A program made the translations under genes and the position numbers. The notes under the pieces are model-generated. The model was given only the letters and a program-made list of their open reading frames with translations. It ran no database searches and was not told where the DNA came from. Positions 25,728 through 35,361 of a stretch of 64,000 nt of DNA are shown here, in pieces. Origin of the DNA: Candidatus Thorarchaeota archaeon (GTDB lineage: Archaea > Asgardarchaeota > Thorarchaeia > Thorarchaeales > Thorarchaeaceae); NCBI GenBank assembly GCA_019057475.1, contig DXJO01000006.1, positions 32,001-96,000 on the forward strand, written 5' to 3'. Numbering within the stretch: the first letter of the stretch is position 1; every line of letters begins with the position of its first letter.

Positions 25728-28472
25728 ATGACGATTGACCACACATCGAAGAAAAGTACATCCAAACTGGACGTTGTATCTAGCGAAGCCCTGGTTATTG
25801 GGGGTGGCGTAGCTGGCATGCAGGCGGCTCTGGATATGGCTAACCAGGGTTTCAAGGTTCATCTGCTAGAGAAGACTCCTTCTCTCGGCGGAAAAATGGC
25901 GATGATAGACAAGACCTTCCCAACATTGGATTGCTCGGCATGTATTCTCACGCCGCGTCTCAGCGAGGTATCGCGTCATCCAAACATCGAACTACATACG
26001 TATTCTGACGTAATTAGCGTTGCTGGAAGAGTTGGCGATTTCAAAGTAAAGATACGCAAGCGGGCGCGATATGTGGATGAGGACAAGTGCTCGGCATGTG
26101 CGGACTGTGTCCCGGCTTGTCCAGTGGAGGTTCCTAATGAATTCGATCAGAGTCTTGGTTTCCGTAAGGCAATCTATCAACCGTTCCCACAGGCGACACC
26201 GAGCACCTACACCATTACCAAGCTTGGCACACCAGCATGCAGAGAAGCGTGTCCCGCAGACGTGAATCCTCAAGGCTTCATCTCCCTCATGAAGGAAGGG
26301 AGGTTTCATGATGCTCTTAGAATATTCAGGAAGTCCAATCCGTTCCCAGGTGTACTTGGCCGAGTGTGCATAGCCTTCTGCGAGGGCGAGTGTGTTCGAG
26401 GAGAGCTAGATGAGAGTGTAAGCATCAGGAATCTCCACAGGTTCTTGGCTGACTACGAGAGAAAACATGGACCTGATAGGCCAATTGAAGCGAAGATTGA
26501 CAAGGATGAAAGAATCGCCGTGGTCGGCGCAGGTCCCGCGGGTCTGGCATGTGGGTATCATCTTGTCAAGATGGGCTACCCCGTAACCGTATTCGAGGCT
26601 CAACCTGAAGCAGGAGGACTCCTCCGCTATGGCATTCCGGAATACAGACTTCCTCGTGACATACTGGCCGAAGAGATCGACTGGATTGCCAAGCATGGCG
26701 TAAAAATAAAGACAAGCTCTCCAGTCGAGTCAATCAAGAGCCTGAAAAAGGAGGGCTTCAAGGCGATATTCTTGGCTACAGGAGCCTCAAATAGTAACAA
26801 ACTTGGGATTGCAGGAGAGGAGGCAAAGGGCATCTACCATGCCAGTGATTTCTTGGAACGAGCCAACTCAGGGAAACCATATCCGTTGGGCGAAAAGGTT
26901 GCTGTGATTGGCGGTGGGGACGCGGCAATTGACTCCGCGAGAGTTGCCATTAGACTCGGTGCGAAGGAAGTCACGATAGTTTATCGCAGGTCACATGTCG
27001 AGTTGCCTGCCATCCCCAGCGAAGTCGAAGATGCACGAGAGGAAGGCCTTAATCTGCTACTACTGACTAATCCTATCGAAATCCTCACATCAAAGGATGA
27101 GCTGAGGGGCATCAGATGTATAAAGATGAAACTGGGTGAACCAGATCACTCGGGTCGTCGACGGCCCCAAGTCATTCGGGGTTCGGAATTCACGCTGATT
27201 GTAGACAACATGATTATTGCTGTGGGACAGAGCGTGACACCAAAGGGCCTACACGAGGAATGTGATTGTTCGGAATGGGGAACAATCAAAGTGAATCCCC
27301 TAACTCTGGAAACTAACATGGAAGGAGTCTTTGCTGGCGGTGACGTTGTTCTCGGTCCAGCCACCGCAGTTAAAGCCGTGGCCCATGGCAAGGAGGCTGC
27401 AATCTCAATAGATCGATTTCTGAGAAAGGTCAATGTTGAAGCGGATAGAATTGAAGAACGACACCGAGTGAGAGTTGAAGAGGTTGACATGGAAAAACCT
27501 ACTGAGCCTCGCGTAGACATGCCCAAACACGGTGTAGCGGGAAGAATTCAATCTTACACTGAGGTTGAACTTGGGTTTGAACAAGAATCTGCTACACAGG
27601 AGGCTGAACGATGCCTAGGCTGTGCAATCTGTTGCGAATGTGAGCTGTGTGTTGAAGCTTGCACGCGTGAAGCAATCGATCACAAGATGCAGGATGAGAT
27701 AATAGAGCTTCCAGTAGGTGCGATAGTATTGGCCGCAGGATACAGGCTTTACGATGTTAGTGATTACCCCAGGCTCGGATACGGAAAGTTCCCTAATGTC
27801 ATCCACGCGATGGAGTACGAGCGACTGATCAACGCATCAGGCCCAACCCACGGACATCTGATAAAGCTCAGTGACGGGAAGCTACCCAAGAGCATCGGTT
27901 TCATCCAATGTGTCGGTGCCCGAGATGTCAACCGCGGCGTTCCTGAGTGTTCACGAGTGTGTTGCATGTATGGTATCAAAAACGCAGTCATGGCAAAGGA
28001 ACATGACCCTGAGATTGACGTGACCATCTACTACGCTGACATCCGTGCCTTTGGCAAGGGCTTCGAGGAATTCTACAACATGGCTAAGGATCGATTTGGT
28101 ATCAAGTTCATTCGAGGCAGAGTTGGAGAGGTCATGGAGGACCGCGAAACAGGCAATCTCACTGTGAGAGTTGAGAACACCGATGAACATGCCATTCAGG
28201 ACATTGAACATGATCTTGTAGTAATCAGCCCCGGTATTCAACCCCCCTGGGGTCTTGATGTCATCGCCAGTGAGCTCGGACTAGAACTAGATGAGACAGG
28301 CTATGTGCCAGTGAAGGACGAGCTACTTGCGCCTGTGGACACTACTATTCCTGGTGTCTTTGCGTGTGGATGCGTCGATAGTCCCAAGGACATTCCAGAC
28401 TCGGTGACTGCGGGTAGCGCTGCCGCCATGAGGGCGACAATAATACTATCGCAGGCTGAGAAAAAGGAGTAA
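25728..28472 (+). CDS. hdrA: HdrA-family subunit with GltD-like insertion, lacking N-terminal domain and C-terminal ferredoxin
   Basis: GGGVAG, FPTLDCSACIL, CREACPAD/GRVC/GAGPAG/GGGDAAID module, QCVGAR..CSRVCC; GGTGA RBS. Confidence 0.85.
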   Translation: MTIDHTSKKSTSKLDVVSSEALVIGGGVAGMQAALDMANQGFKVHLLEKTPSLGGKMAMIDKTFPTLDCSACILTPRLSEVSRHPNIELHTYSDVISVAGRVGDFKVKIRKRARYVDEDKCSACADCVPACPVEVPNEFDQSLGFRKAIYQPFPQATPSTYTITKLGTPACREACPADVNPQGFISLMKEGRFHDALRIFRKSNPFPGVLGRVCIAFCEGECVRGELDESVSIRNLHRFLADYERKHGPDRPIEAKIDKDERIAVVGAGPAGLACGYHLVKMGYPVTVFEAQPEAGGLLRYGIPEYRLPRDILAEEIDWIAKHGVKIKTSSPVESIKSLKKEGFKAIFLATGASNSNKLGIAGEEAKGIYHASDFLERANSGKPYPLGEKVAVIGGGDAAIDSARVAIRLGAKEVTIVYRRSHVELPAIPSEVEDAREEGLNLLLLTNPIEILTSKDELRGIRCIKMKLGEPDHSGRRRPQVIRGSEFTLIVDNMIIAVGQSVTPKGLHEECDCSEWGTIKVNPLTLETNMEGVFAGGDVVLGPATAVKAVAHGKEAAISIDRFLRKVNVEADRIEERHRVRVEEVDMEKPTEPRVDMPKHGVAGRIQSYTEVELGFEQESATQEAERCLGCAICCECELCVEACTREAIDHKMQDEIIELPVGAIVLAAGYRLYDVSDYPRLGYGKFPNVIHAMEYERLINASGPTHGHLIKLSDGKLPKSIGFIQCVGARDVNRGVPECSRVCCMYGIKNAVMAKEHDPEIDVTIYYADIRAFGKGFEEFYNMAKDRFGIKFIRGRVGEVMEDRETGNLTVRVENTDEHAIQDIEHDLVVISPGIQPPWGLDVIASELGLELDETGYVPVKDELLAPVDTTIPGVFACGCVDSPKDIPDSVTAGSAAAMRATIILSQAEKKE

Positions 28473-28508
28473 TTCTGCTGGTGCATTATGAAGGACAGGT
28501 GATATGAG

Positions 28509-29009
28509 ATGAACAATGAAACACACACACCCTCCTCAGATTTCGCAAAAGAGATTGCCTTAATCCCGGGAGGGGAAGTCATCAACAAGTGTATCCAGTG
28601 TGGCATATGTACTGCCAGTTGTGTTGTGGCCTGTGTAGACGACCAATACCGGCCTCGGCGGCTGATTCAGAAGATTCTGATAGGCAAGAGAGATGAGGTG
28701 CTGAAGAGCGATCAACCTTGGCTATGCATGACGTGCAGAATGTGTGAAGAGCGATGCCAGGAGGGCGTAAGTCCCGCAGAGATATTCCACGCTGTACGAA
28801 TCCTCGCAGTCAAAGAGGGTCACATTCCCAAGGTGTTTCAGATTACTGTCGAAAAGGTACTCTGCGATGGTTGGATGTTAGCAGATGCATATACCGATTT
28901 CAACGAAGATGAGCGAGAGGATCTCGGCCTAAATCCTGCCCTCGCTTGGAATGACACTTTTACGAAGAAGGTGAAGAAGAAGTACCTCGCTGGGGAGGAG
29001 AGCGCATGA
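28509..29009 (+). CDS. hdrC: Heterodisulfide reductase subunit C
   Basis: CIQCGICTASC, WLCMTCRMCEERC; close paralog of 12375..12866. Confidence 0.9.
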   Translation: MNNETHTPSSDFAKEIALIPGGEVINKCIQCGICTASCVVACVDDQYRPRRLIQKILIGKRDEVLKSDQPWLCMTCRMCEERCQEGVSPAEIFHAVRILAVKEGHIPKVFQITVEKVLCDGWMLADAYTDFNEDEREDLGLNPALAWNDTFTKKVKKKYLAGEESA

Positions 29010-29884
29010 AAGAGATAATGCTGTACAGAGGGTGCACTACTCCTGTGAGGCTCCCGGCATACGAGGCAGCCACAATAGCTGTGCTGGGGAAGCTCGGAGT
29101 GAAGGTTGTTGAGATGGATGATGCAAACTGCTGCGGAGCCCAATATGTCGAGTCCGTAAGCAGAATGGCATTTGCAGCAATGAGCGGAAGAATCCTCGCA
29201 CTGGCTGAGAAAGAGAGCCAAGACATCTTGGCGTTGTGTGGCGCTTGTTCAGGTTCCCTGAAGATAAACAAGCATTTTCTGGACAACGACGAGAAGGCCC
29301 GTAAGGAGGTTAACGAACTCCTGTCAGAAGAGGGGTTGAAATATACCGGCAAGACTAGAGTTCGACACCTGCTCCAAGTCTTGAACGAGGATATCGGTTT
29401 CGAAGCAATTGAGAAAGCCATAAAGAAACCCTACAAAGGCTTGAAATTGGCCGCACATTATGGTTGTCACGTAACTCGGCCCTATGAGATTGTTCAAGTC
29501 GATGACCCTGAAAATCCCACAATCATTGACCGTCTTATTGAGATTGCGGGGGCAGAGGCTGTGGACTATGTGGGCAAGACCAGGTGCTGCGGTGGGCCTC
29601 TCCTGGCAATGGATGAGAGTCTTGCGACTCACATTGGCCAAGACAAGATAAGAGATGCCATCGCCGCCGGCGCACAAGGCATGGTCACCGCATGCGTGTT
29701 CTGTGATATCCAGTTGACACAAGTCCAGTTCGGTGAAGATACAGATTCGAGCAAGATGATTCCCGTCATTCCTATTGTGCAGTTTCTCGGTCCAGCCCTC
29801 GGCATCAAGGAGGATGTGCTGGGCATTGAGTTGAACAAGACCAGTCCCGATATCATCTTGTCAGCATTACAGGAGGCGAAATAA
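29006..29884 (+). CDS. hdrB: Heterodisulfide reductase subunit B
   Basis: Two CCG domains; close paralog of 12866..13753. Confidence 0.9.
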   Translation: MKEIMLYRGCTTPVRLPAYEAATIAVLGKLGVKVVEMDDANCCGAQYVESVSRMAFAAMSGRILALAEKESQDILALCGACSGSLKINKHFLDNDEKARKEVNELLSEEGLKYTGKTRVRHLLQVLNEDIGFEAIEKAIKKPYKGLKLAAHYGCHVTRPYEIVQVDDPENPTIIDRLIEIAGAEAVDYVGKTRCCGGPLLAMDESLATHIGQDKIRDAIAAGAQGMVTACVFCDIQLTQVQFGEDTDSSKMIPVIPIVQFLGPALGIKEDVLGIELNKTSPDIILSALQEAK

Positions 29885-31629
29885 TGACTGAAGCAGAAAC
29901 ACCAAGGATTGGCGTTTTCATCTGTCACTGTGGTCACAATATCGCGGGAGTCGTGGATGTGGTAAGAGTCGCTAAGATGGCTGAGTCTCTGCCGCATGTC
30001 GTCTTCTCGACGGATGACATGTTCATGTGTGCTGATGCTGGTCAACAACTAATCAAGGACATGGTGGAGGAGCATAGTCTGAATCGCGTCGTAGTCGCTA
30101 GCTGCTCACCCAGAATGCACGAACCTACATTTCGTAGAGTCGTCGAAGAGGCTGGCCTCAATCGTTATCTCTTCGAGCAGACCAATCTTCGAGAGCATGT
30201 ATCTTGGTGTCACATGAGAGAGCCCGAAGCGGCCACTGAGAAGGCAATGGATCTGGTACGGATGTCTGTTGCGCGAGCGGCCAAGCTTGAGAATCTGCCA
30301 GTGAAGAGCGTTAAAGTCACCCCTCGCACTTTAGTCGTTGGCGGAGGAATCACTGGCCTTCGAGCTGCACTCGATATTGCTAACCGTGGTTTTGATGTCG
30401 TTCTGGTGGACAAGGAACCAAAACTCGGCGGACATGTTGCGAAGTGGACTCACATGTTTACAGGCGACAGGTCAGGATCTGAGGTTGTTGGCCCCTTGGT
30501 CAAAGAAGTGAAAGCGCACAGTCGTATTGAAATTCTGACGAATAGCAGTGTGATCGAGTTTGATGGCTACATTGGCAACTTCGAGGCCACCATAGAGAAC
30601 AGGAAGGACAAGGCTCGCAGTAAATTTGACATTGGCACGGTGATTGTGGCAATTGGTTTTGACGCCTTCAAGCCCCACGGATACTACGGCTACGGAGAGA
30701 GTCCAGATATAGTCACTCTGGCTGAGCTACAAGAGATGCCTCCGAGAGATCGTCTGCTTAAGCCTAGCGACGGAAAGCCTGCAAGCAAGATTGCATTTAT
30801 TGGATGTGTAGGATCGCGTGAGCCTGGCAAGAGGGGTCATGAACATTGTTCCAGGCATTGTTGTCCTGCCGTGGCTAAAGCTGCTTCTGATCTTAAAGAC
30901 AGGCTCGACGAAGTGCTAATCCTTTACAAAAGCATCCGAACGTATGGCAGAGGCCATGAAGAACTGCATCGATTGGCCCGGTCAAAACACGTCATCTACT
31001 CTCGGTTCCCGGACGGAGAAGACCCGGTTATCGAAGTAGTGGACGGAAAAGTCAAGATGAGATGGACTGATATTTACGCAGATGAGGAACTGCAATTTGA
31101 GCCCGACATCCTTGTCTTGGCGTCCGCGATGGTTGCCCGATCGGACATTGACGAAACCACGAAGCTCTTTGGTCTAACTAGGAGTAGAGACGGATTCTTT
31201 AATCCGGAGCATATCAAGCTCGCTCCGCTTACCACACACACTGCAGGCGTTATGATTGCAGGCGCTGCGCAGGCGCCAAAGAATGCGTCTGAGTCAGTTG
31301 TCGATGCCAGTGGCGCAGCAGCAAAGGCCGTCGGAATCATGGCGCGAGGCGAGGTTGAGATTGAATCAACTGTATCTCGTGTCATTTCGGAATTGTGTTC
31401 TTCATGTCACACTTGCGTTACAGCGTGTCCATACGGCGCAATTGAAATGGACGAGTCGAAGGACCCGCCCATCGCCTTCGTGACTGAAGCGAAATGTCAC
31501 GGTTGCGGCACATGTGCCGCAGCTTGTCCGAGCAGTGCTATCATAATGTTGCACTCGACTGACGACCAAATCATGACGATGGTGCAAGCTTACCTCTGCG
31601 CACCACCCGACACAATAGGAGGTACATAG
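29884..31629 (+). CDS. hdrA: HdrA-family subunit lacking inserted ferredoxin and DCxxC motif
   Basis: IGVFICHCG, GGGITG, GCVGSR..HCSRHCC, C-terminal ferredoxin; paralog of 20448..22196. Confidence 0.85.
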   Translation: MTEAETPRIGVFICHCGHNIAGVVDVVRVAKMAESLPHVVFSTDDMFMCADAGQQLIKDMVEEHSLNRVVVASCSPRMHEPTFRRVVEEAGLNRYLFEQTNLREHVSWCHMREPEAATEKAMDLVRMSVARAAKLENLPVKSVKVTPRTLVVGGGITGLRAALDIANRGFDVVLVDKEPKLGGHVAKWTHMFTGDRSGSEVVGPLVKEVKAHSRIEILTNSSVIEFDGYIGNFEATIENRKDKARSKFDIGTVIVAIGFDAFKPHGYYGYGESPDIVTLAELQEMPPRDRLLKPSDGKPASKIAFIGCVGSREPGKRGHEHCSRHCCPAVAKAASDLKDRLDEVLILYKSIRTYGRGHEELHRLARSKHVIYSRFPDGEDPVIEVVDGKVKMRWTDIYADEELQFEPDILVLASAMVARSDIDETTKLFGLTRSRDGFFNPEHIKLAPLTTHTAGVMIAGAAQAPKNASESVVDASGAAAKAVGIMARGEVEIESTVSRVISELCSSCHTCVTACPYGAIEMDESKDPPIAFVTEAKCHGCGTCAAACPSSAIIMLHSTDDQIMTMVQAYLCAPPDTIGGT

Positions 31630-31631
31630 CA

Positions 31632-32078
31632 ATGACGACGAAAACAGCAGCCAAGATTGACAACACTGAGAGTTGGGAACCGAGAATCGTAGCGTTCTGC
31701 TGCAACTGGTGTTCCTATGCTGGAGCTGACCTAGCTGGCACTAGCAGAATCCAGTATCCCCCGAATGCCAGGATTCTACGAGTCAATTGTACCGGCCGGA
31801 TAAGTCTTGAGTTTATCTTGGCCGCTCTTGAGATGGGTGCAGACGGAGTTCTTGTGTCTGGATGCCACCCAGGTGACTGCCATTATACGAGCGGCAACCT
31901 TAAGCTCAGGGCGCGCTGGACTATCATGAAGAAGGCAATTGAGCAGGCCGGTGTTGACCCTCGCAGAGTCCGGCTCCAGTGGGCGAGTGCCTCTGAGGCA
32001 CAGATATTCGCTGACGGTGTCAGAACCTTGGTAAAGCAAGTGAAAGAACTGGGTCCTATCATGGAGGAATGGAAATGA
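31632..32078 (+). CDS. mvhD: MvhD [2Fe-2S] subunit
   Basis: FCCNWCSYAGADLAG, GCHPGDCHY. Confidence 0.93.
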   Translation: MTTKTAAKIDNTESWEPRIVAFCCNWCSYAGADLAGTSRIQYPPNARILRVNCTGRISLEFILAALEMGADGVLVSGCHPGDCHYTSGNLKLRARWTIMKKAIEQAGVDPRRVRLQWASASEAQIFADGVRTLVKQVKELGPIMEEWK

Positions 32079-32314
32079 GTGCAATCATCGCGCACTTCAA
32101 ACAGAAACGCGGGGATGTCCGCGCACAGCGCAAGGCGATAATGGAAGTGTTGTCCGAGGGTCCATCCAAGGTTTCAGTGATAGCTGAAAAAACTGAACTA
32201 TCCAAGGATAAGATCGTCTGGAACCTACTTGGCCTTCTCAGGTGGGGCACCGTAGAGATCATTGGGGAAGAAGAACATGAACTCATGTTCGCTGCAACGG
32301 AGGTCCAAGAATGA
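32075..32314 (+). CDS. Winged-HTH-like small protein
   Basis: LSEGPSKVSVIAEKTELSKDKIVWNLLGLLRWG; syntenic paralog of 22624..22971; overlaps both neighbours. Confidence 0.6.
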   Translation: MSAIIAHFKQKRGDVRAQRKAIMEVLSEGPSKVSVIAEKTELSKDKIVWNLLGLLRWGTVEIIGEEEHELMFAATEVQE

Positions 32315-33234
32315 CAGAACCCACATCAATCGCAATGGCCCAAGGCAGCTCCTGTTGGGGCTGTTTCCAGAGCCTCATCGACATTCACCTCAATCTTGCA
32401 ACTGTTTTGCCGCTGATTGACATCAAGTACTGGCAGTGTGTTGCTGACTTCAAGCTCAAGGACCTTGAGGGCTATCCAGACAAATCGATAACGGTTGGCC
32501 TGTACGAAGGGATGGCTCGAACAGAAGAGGACATTCATCTGCTAAAGCTTATGAGAGAGAAGTGCAAGATTCTGATTTCATTCGGCTCGTGTTCTTGCTT
32601 TGGCGGCATTCCGGGCCTAGCAAACTTTTCAACTCTAGAGGAGTGCCTAGAAGTTAAGTTCAGAAATAACAAGACAGTCAAGGATGGCGAGGTGCCGACA
32701 GAGAACCTTCCAACGATTGCTCCTGTTGTGGTACCTAACAGCACCATCGTTGACTTTGAAATTTTTCTTCCAGGATGCCCTCCGACATCCAAATTGATTC
32801 TAACGGCCTTGACTGCTCTGCTTGAAGGCAAACCGATTGAGCTACCGCCCCACACAGTGTGTCACTATTGCGACCGCGAGAAGAAAGAGACCCCGATAGA
32901 GAAGATACTGAGACCCTACGAGGGCATTGCAGACCCTGACAGGTGCCTGTTAGAACAGGGCTACATCTGCGTTGGTTCTGCAACGTGGGGCCTCTGCGAA
33001 GGGCAGTGTGTCAATCACGGCGCCACATGCCGTGGCTGTTTCGGTCCACCTCCGCCAATAACGAACGACCAAGGAGCGGCGGCAATATCCATGTTTGGCT
33101 CATACGCACCTCTTGAATCGGAAGTCCTTGCTGAAACGGTCCTTGACCCACTTGGCTGTTTCTGGAGGTTCACCTACCCAACAAGCCACCTTGGTGCTAT
33201 TCGAATCAAGCGAGAGGAGGCAAAGACGAAATGA
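32311..33234 (+). CDS. vhuG: Hydrogenase small subunit VhuG, copy 2
   Basis: Near-identical to 22974..23897, all Cys motifs present. Confidence 0.9.
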   Translation: MTEPTSIAMAQGSSCWGCFQSLIDIHLNLATVLPLIDIKYWQCVADFKLKDLEGYPDKSITVGLYEGMARTEEDIHLLKLMREKCKILISFGSCSCFGGIPGLANFSTLEECLEVKFRNNKTVKDGEVPTENLPTIAPVVVPNSTIVDFEIFLPGCPPTSKLILTALTALLEGKPIELPPHTVCHYCDREKKETPIEKILRPYEGIADPDRCLLEQGYICVGSATWGLCEGQCVNHGATCRGCFGPPPPITNDQGAAAISMFGSYAPLESEVLAETVLDPLGCFWRFTYPTSHLGAIRIKREEAKTK

Positions 33235-34547
33235 CCAACGAGCGAACAATCCGCATTGACCCAGTGACACGCCTTGAAGGCCATGGAACGTTGACTATCA
33301 AACTAGGTCCTGGCAACAAGGTCAAGGATATCCAGTTCAACGTTAACAGCACACGATTCTTTGAGAAATTCCTAGAAGGGCGACCAATGGAGGAAGCTCC
33401 ACGAATCGCTCCACGGATCTGCGGCATATGCCCAATCCCACACCATCTTGCTTCACTGAAGGCAGTCGAGGCCGCTTGGGATGTGACACCTCCACCAGCC
33501 GCAATCAAACTGAGGCGGCTATTGATTGAGGCGAAGCAGCTTTCATCTCATGCAATCCACTTCTACGCTCTTGCGGCTCCGGACTTTGTCTTTGGACCCT
33601 TCGCGAGCCCGGCGGTACGGAACGTTGCTGCTGTTCTCAAGTATCTCCCTGATGTTGCAATCCAAGCAATCAAGCTGATGGAGTTTGGTCAGGAGTTGTG
33701 CACGACCATTGGGGCCAAGGCAATTCATCCGACGACAGGCATTCCTGGCGGGATGCTATACGCTATGAAAGAGGAGGAACGCGATGACTGGCTGACGAAG
33801 GTACCGGAAATGCTGGAGAATATCCACAAGACGGTGGACCTTGCCAAGACCGTTGTCAACTCATACATCGAGGTGATAACAAAGCTAGCGGTAACTCCAA
33901 CTTACTATATTGGGTTGACCAACAATGGAACTCATGATATCTACGATGGCAAGATTCGCGTGATGGACCCTGAAGGTAAGATTGTAGAGAACTTCAAGCC
34001 TAGCGAGTACACAAAGTACTACGGTGAGCATGTTGCCAAGCACTCCTATGCAACTCACATCTACTACAAACCAGTCGGCTACCCCGAGGGCATTTGGAGA
34101 GCGAATACTCTCGCACGGTGCAATGTAGCCGATAGGATGGCCACACCTCTTGCAGATGCGGCTCTGAAAGAGATGAGAGAACTCGTTGGGAGACCCTCGC
34201 ATCACACGTTTGTATACCACTACGCTCGAATCGTAGAGATGGTGCAAGCCGCTGAGATGATCAAGACGCTTCTGGAGGACCCGGAGATTGTGAGCACAGA
34301 CGTGAAGCTTTCTGACGTTGAACCCAAGGCTGGCGACGGCGTTGGTGTTGTCGAGGCTCCGCGAGGCATCCTGCTCCACAACTACGAGTCTGATGACAAG
34401 GGCATGCTGGTCAAGGCGAACCTCATTGTGGCCACGAATAACAATATTGCCGGCATCGAGAAGTCATTAATGGTTGCCGCGAAACAAATCTTCGAGGATA
34501 AAGTCCTCGAGAAGATTACACTTCCTGAACCTATGGTGAAAACTTAG
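33231..34547 (+). CDS. vhuA: Hydrogenase large subunit VhuA, copy 2 (no L2 motif)
   Basis: Near-identical to 23894..25210; RICGICP; ends at TAG. Confidence 0.9.
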   Translation: MTNERTIRIDPVTRLEGHGTLTIKLGPGNKVKDIQFNVNSTRFFEKFLEGRPMEEAPRIAPRICGICPIPHHLASLKAVEAAWDVTPPPAAIKLRRLLIEAKQLSSHAIHFYALAAPDFVFGPFASPAVRNVAAVLKYLPDVAIQAIKLMEFGQELCTTIGAKAIHPTTGIPGGMLYAMKEEERDDWLTKVPEMLENIHKTVDLAKTVVNSYIEVITKLAVTPTYYIGLTNNGTHDIYDGKIRVMDPEGKIVENFKPSEYTKYYGEHVAKHSYATHIYYKPVGYPEGIWRANTLARCNVADRMATPLADAALKEMRELVGRPSHHTFVYHYARIVEMVQAAEMIKTLLEDPEIVSTDVKLSDVEPKAGDGVGVVEAPRGILLHNYESDDKGMLVKANLIVATNNNIAGIEKSLMVAAKQIFEDKVLEKITLPEPMVKT

Positions 34548-34565
34548 ACGAGAGAATTGATGATT

Positions 34566-34718
34566 ATGACAGACGAAATACCTGAAGGAGTACTGAACAT
34601 CATCGAAATGGTTGTTCGGTGCTACGACTGCTGACTATCCTGCGGCGCTCATCTCGTCATTGTCGACGAAGAGGGCCGCGAGATAGTTAGGAAGGAGCTC
34701 GTGACTGGCGGCGGATGA
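34566..34718 (+). CDS. vhuU: Selenocysteine-containing VhuU, copy 2 (TGA=Sec at 34632-34634)
   Basis: MTDEIPEGVLNIIEMVVRCYDC-TGA-LSCGAHLVIVDEEGREIVRKELVTGGG*; 4 aa differences from copy 1, frame conserved past the TGA. Confidence 0.9.
34642..34679 (+). promoter_or_regulatory. SRE-like stem-loop 3' of the Sec UGA, copy 2
   Basis: Same stems as 25305-25342; the only change is in the loop (ATTATC to ATTGTC). Confidence 0.6.
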
Positions 34719-34756
34719 AGGCTCGGTCGAAAACTAACGGACCGGGTTGGACAGCC
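34707..34756 (+). ncRNA. Eukaryote-like SECIS element of vhuU copy 2
   Basis: ATGA-A-GGCTCGGTC-GAAAACTAACG-GACCGGGTT-G-GA-C; 9-bp helix with G-U pairs, AAAA loop; ATGA includes the stop codon. Confidence 0.75.
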
Positions 34757-34762
34757 TCGCAA

Positions 34763-34800
34763 GGGCGCGCTAGTCGCGCTCCTTCTATCCCTTTATTTCT
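34763..34800 (+). terminator. GC hairpin plus pyrimidine tract ending hdr/vhu cluster 2
   Basis: GGCGCG-CTAGT-CGCGCT then CCTTCTATCCCTTTATTTCT. Confidence 0.45.
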
Positions 34801-34825
34801 ACAAGAAACGACGATTGTGGTGACC

Positions 34826-35281
34826 GTGATAGGCGAACTGCGAATAGAAAATGCTGAAACCTCAGACTTCCCTGCAATAGCAGCCTTGCTGCGGAACACT
34901 GGTCTTCCTCCTGATGACATCGAACATCATCTGGAAGGCTTTCTGGTAGTTCGGAGTCCAGAGGCTGCGATTGAACCTGATATTCTCTTAGGTAGTGTAG
35001 GTCTGGAAATCTATGGCAAGTTTGCGTTGCTTCGTTCTCTTGCCGTGCATCCGGATTTTCAAGGGAAAGGGCTAGGCAAGCGACTCGTCAGCGGAATTAC
35101 TCGGACTGCAAGGGAAAGAGGAATCACTCGACTCTACTTGCTCACTGATACTGCGGAAGATTTCTTCAAGAGGCTTGGATTCAGTCCAATATCGCGGGAT
35201 GAAGTTCCAGAAGAAGTCAAACAATCCATTGAGTTCACGATCTTATGTACAGAGTCTCCATCTATGATGAAAGAAATCTAA
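34826..35281 (+). CDS. GNAT N-acetyltransferase (ArsN2-like)
   Basis: LLRNTGLP, ALLRSLAVHPDFQGKGLG, LYLLTDTAEDFFKRLGF, IEFTILC; start uncertain, track ATG 34715 lies inside the SECIS. Confidence 0.75.
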   Translation: MIGELRIENAETSDFPAIAALLRNTGLPPDDIEHHLEGFLVVRSPEAAIEPDILLGSVGLEIYGKFALLRSLAVHPDFQGKGLGKRLVSGITRTARERGITRLYLLTDTAEDFFKRLGFSPISRDEVPEEVKQSIEFTILCTESPSMMKEI

Positions 35282-35361
35282 GCTCGAAAGACTTCGTATT
35301 TTCAAGAACCTAAGAAGAGGATATATGAGGCCAGGTCAGTCTTGAATCACGGGGAACGCAT

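Noticed and set aside
12375-34718. Evidence for methanogenesis or alkane oxidation
   Set aside because: Hdr/Mvh complexes are widespread in non-methanogens; no mcr or mtr genes in the window
34715-34825. N-terminal 37 codons of the GNAT ORF in the track
   Set aside because: The ATG is the SECIS core/vhuU stop; the segment spans SECIS and terminator and does not resemble GNAT
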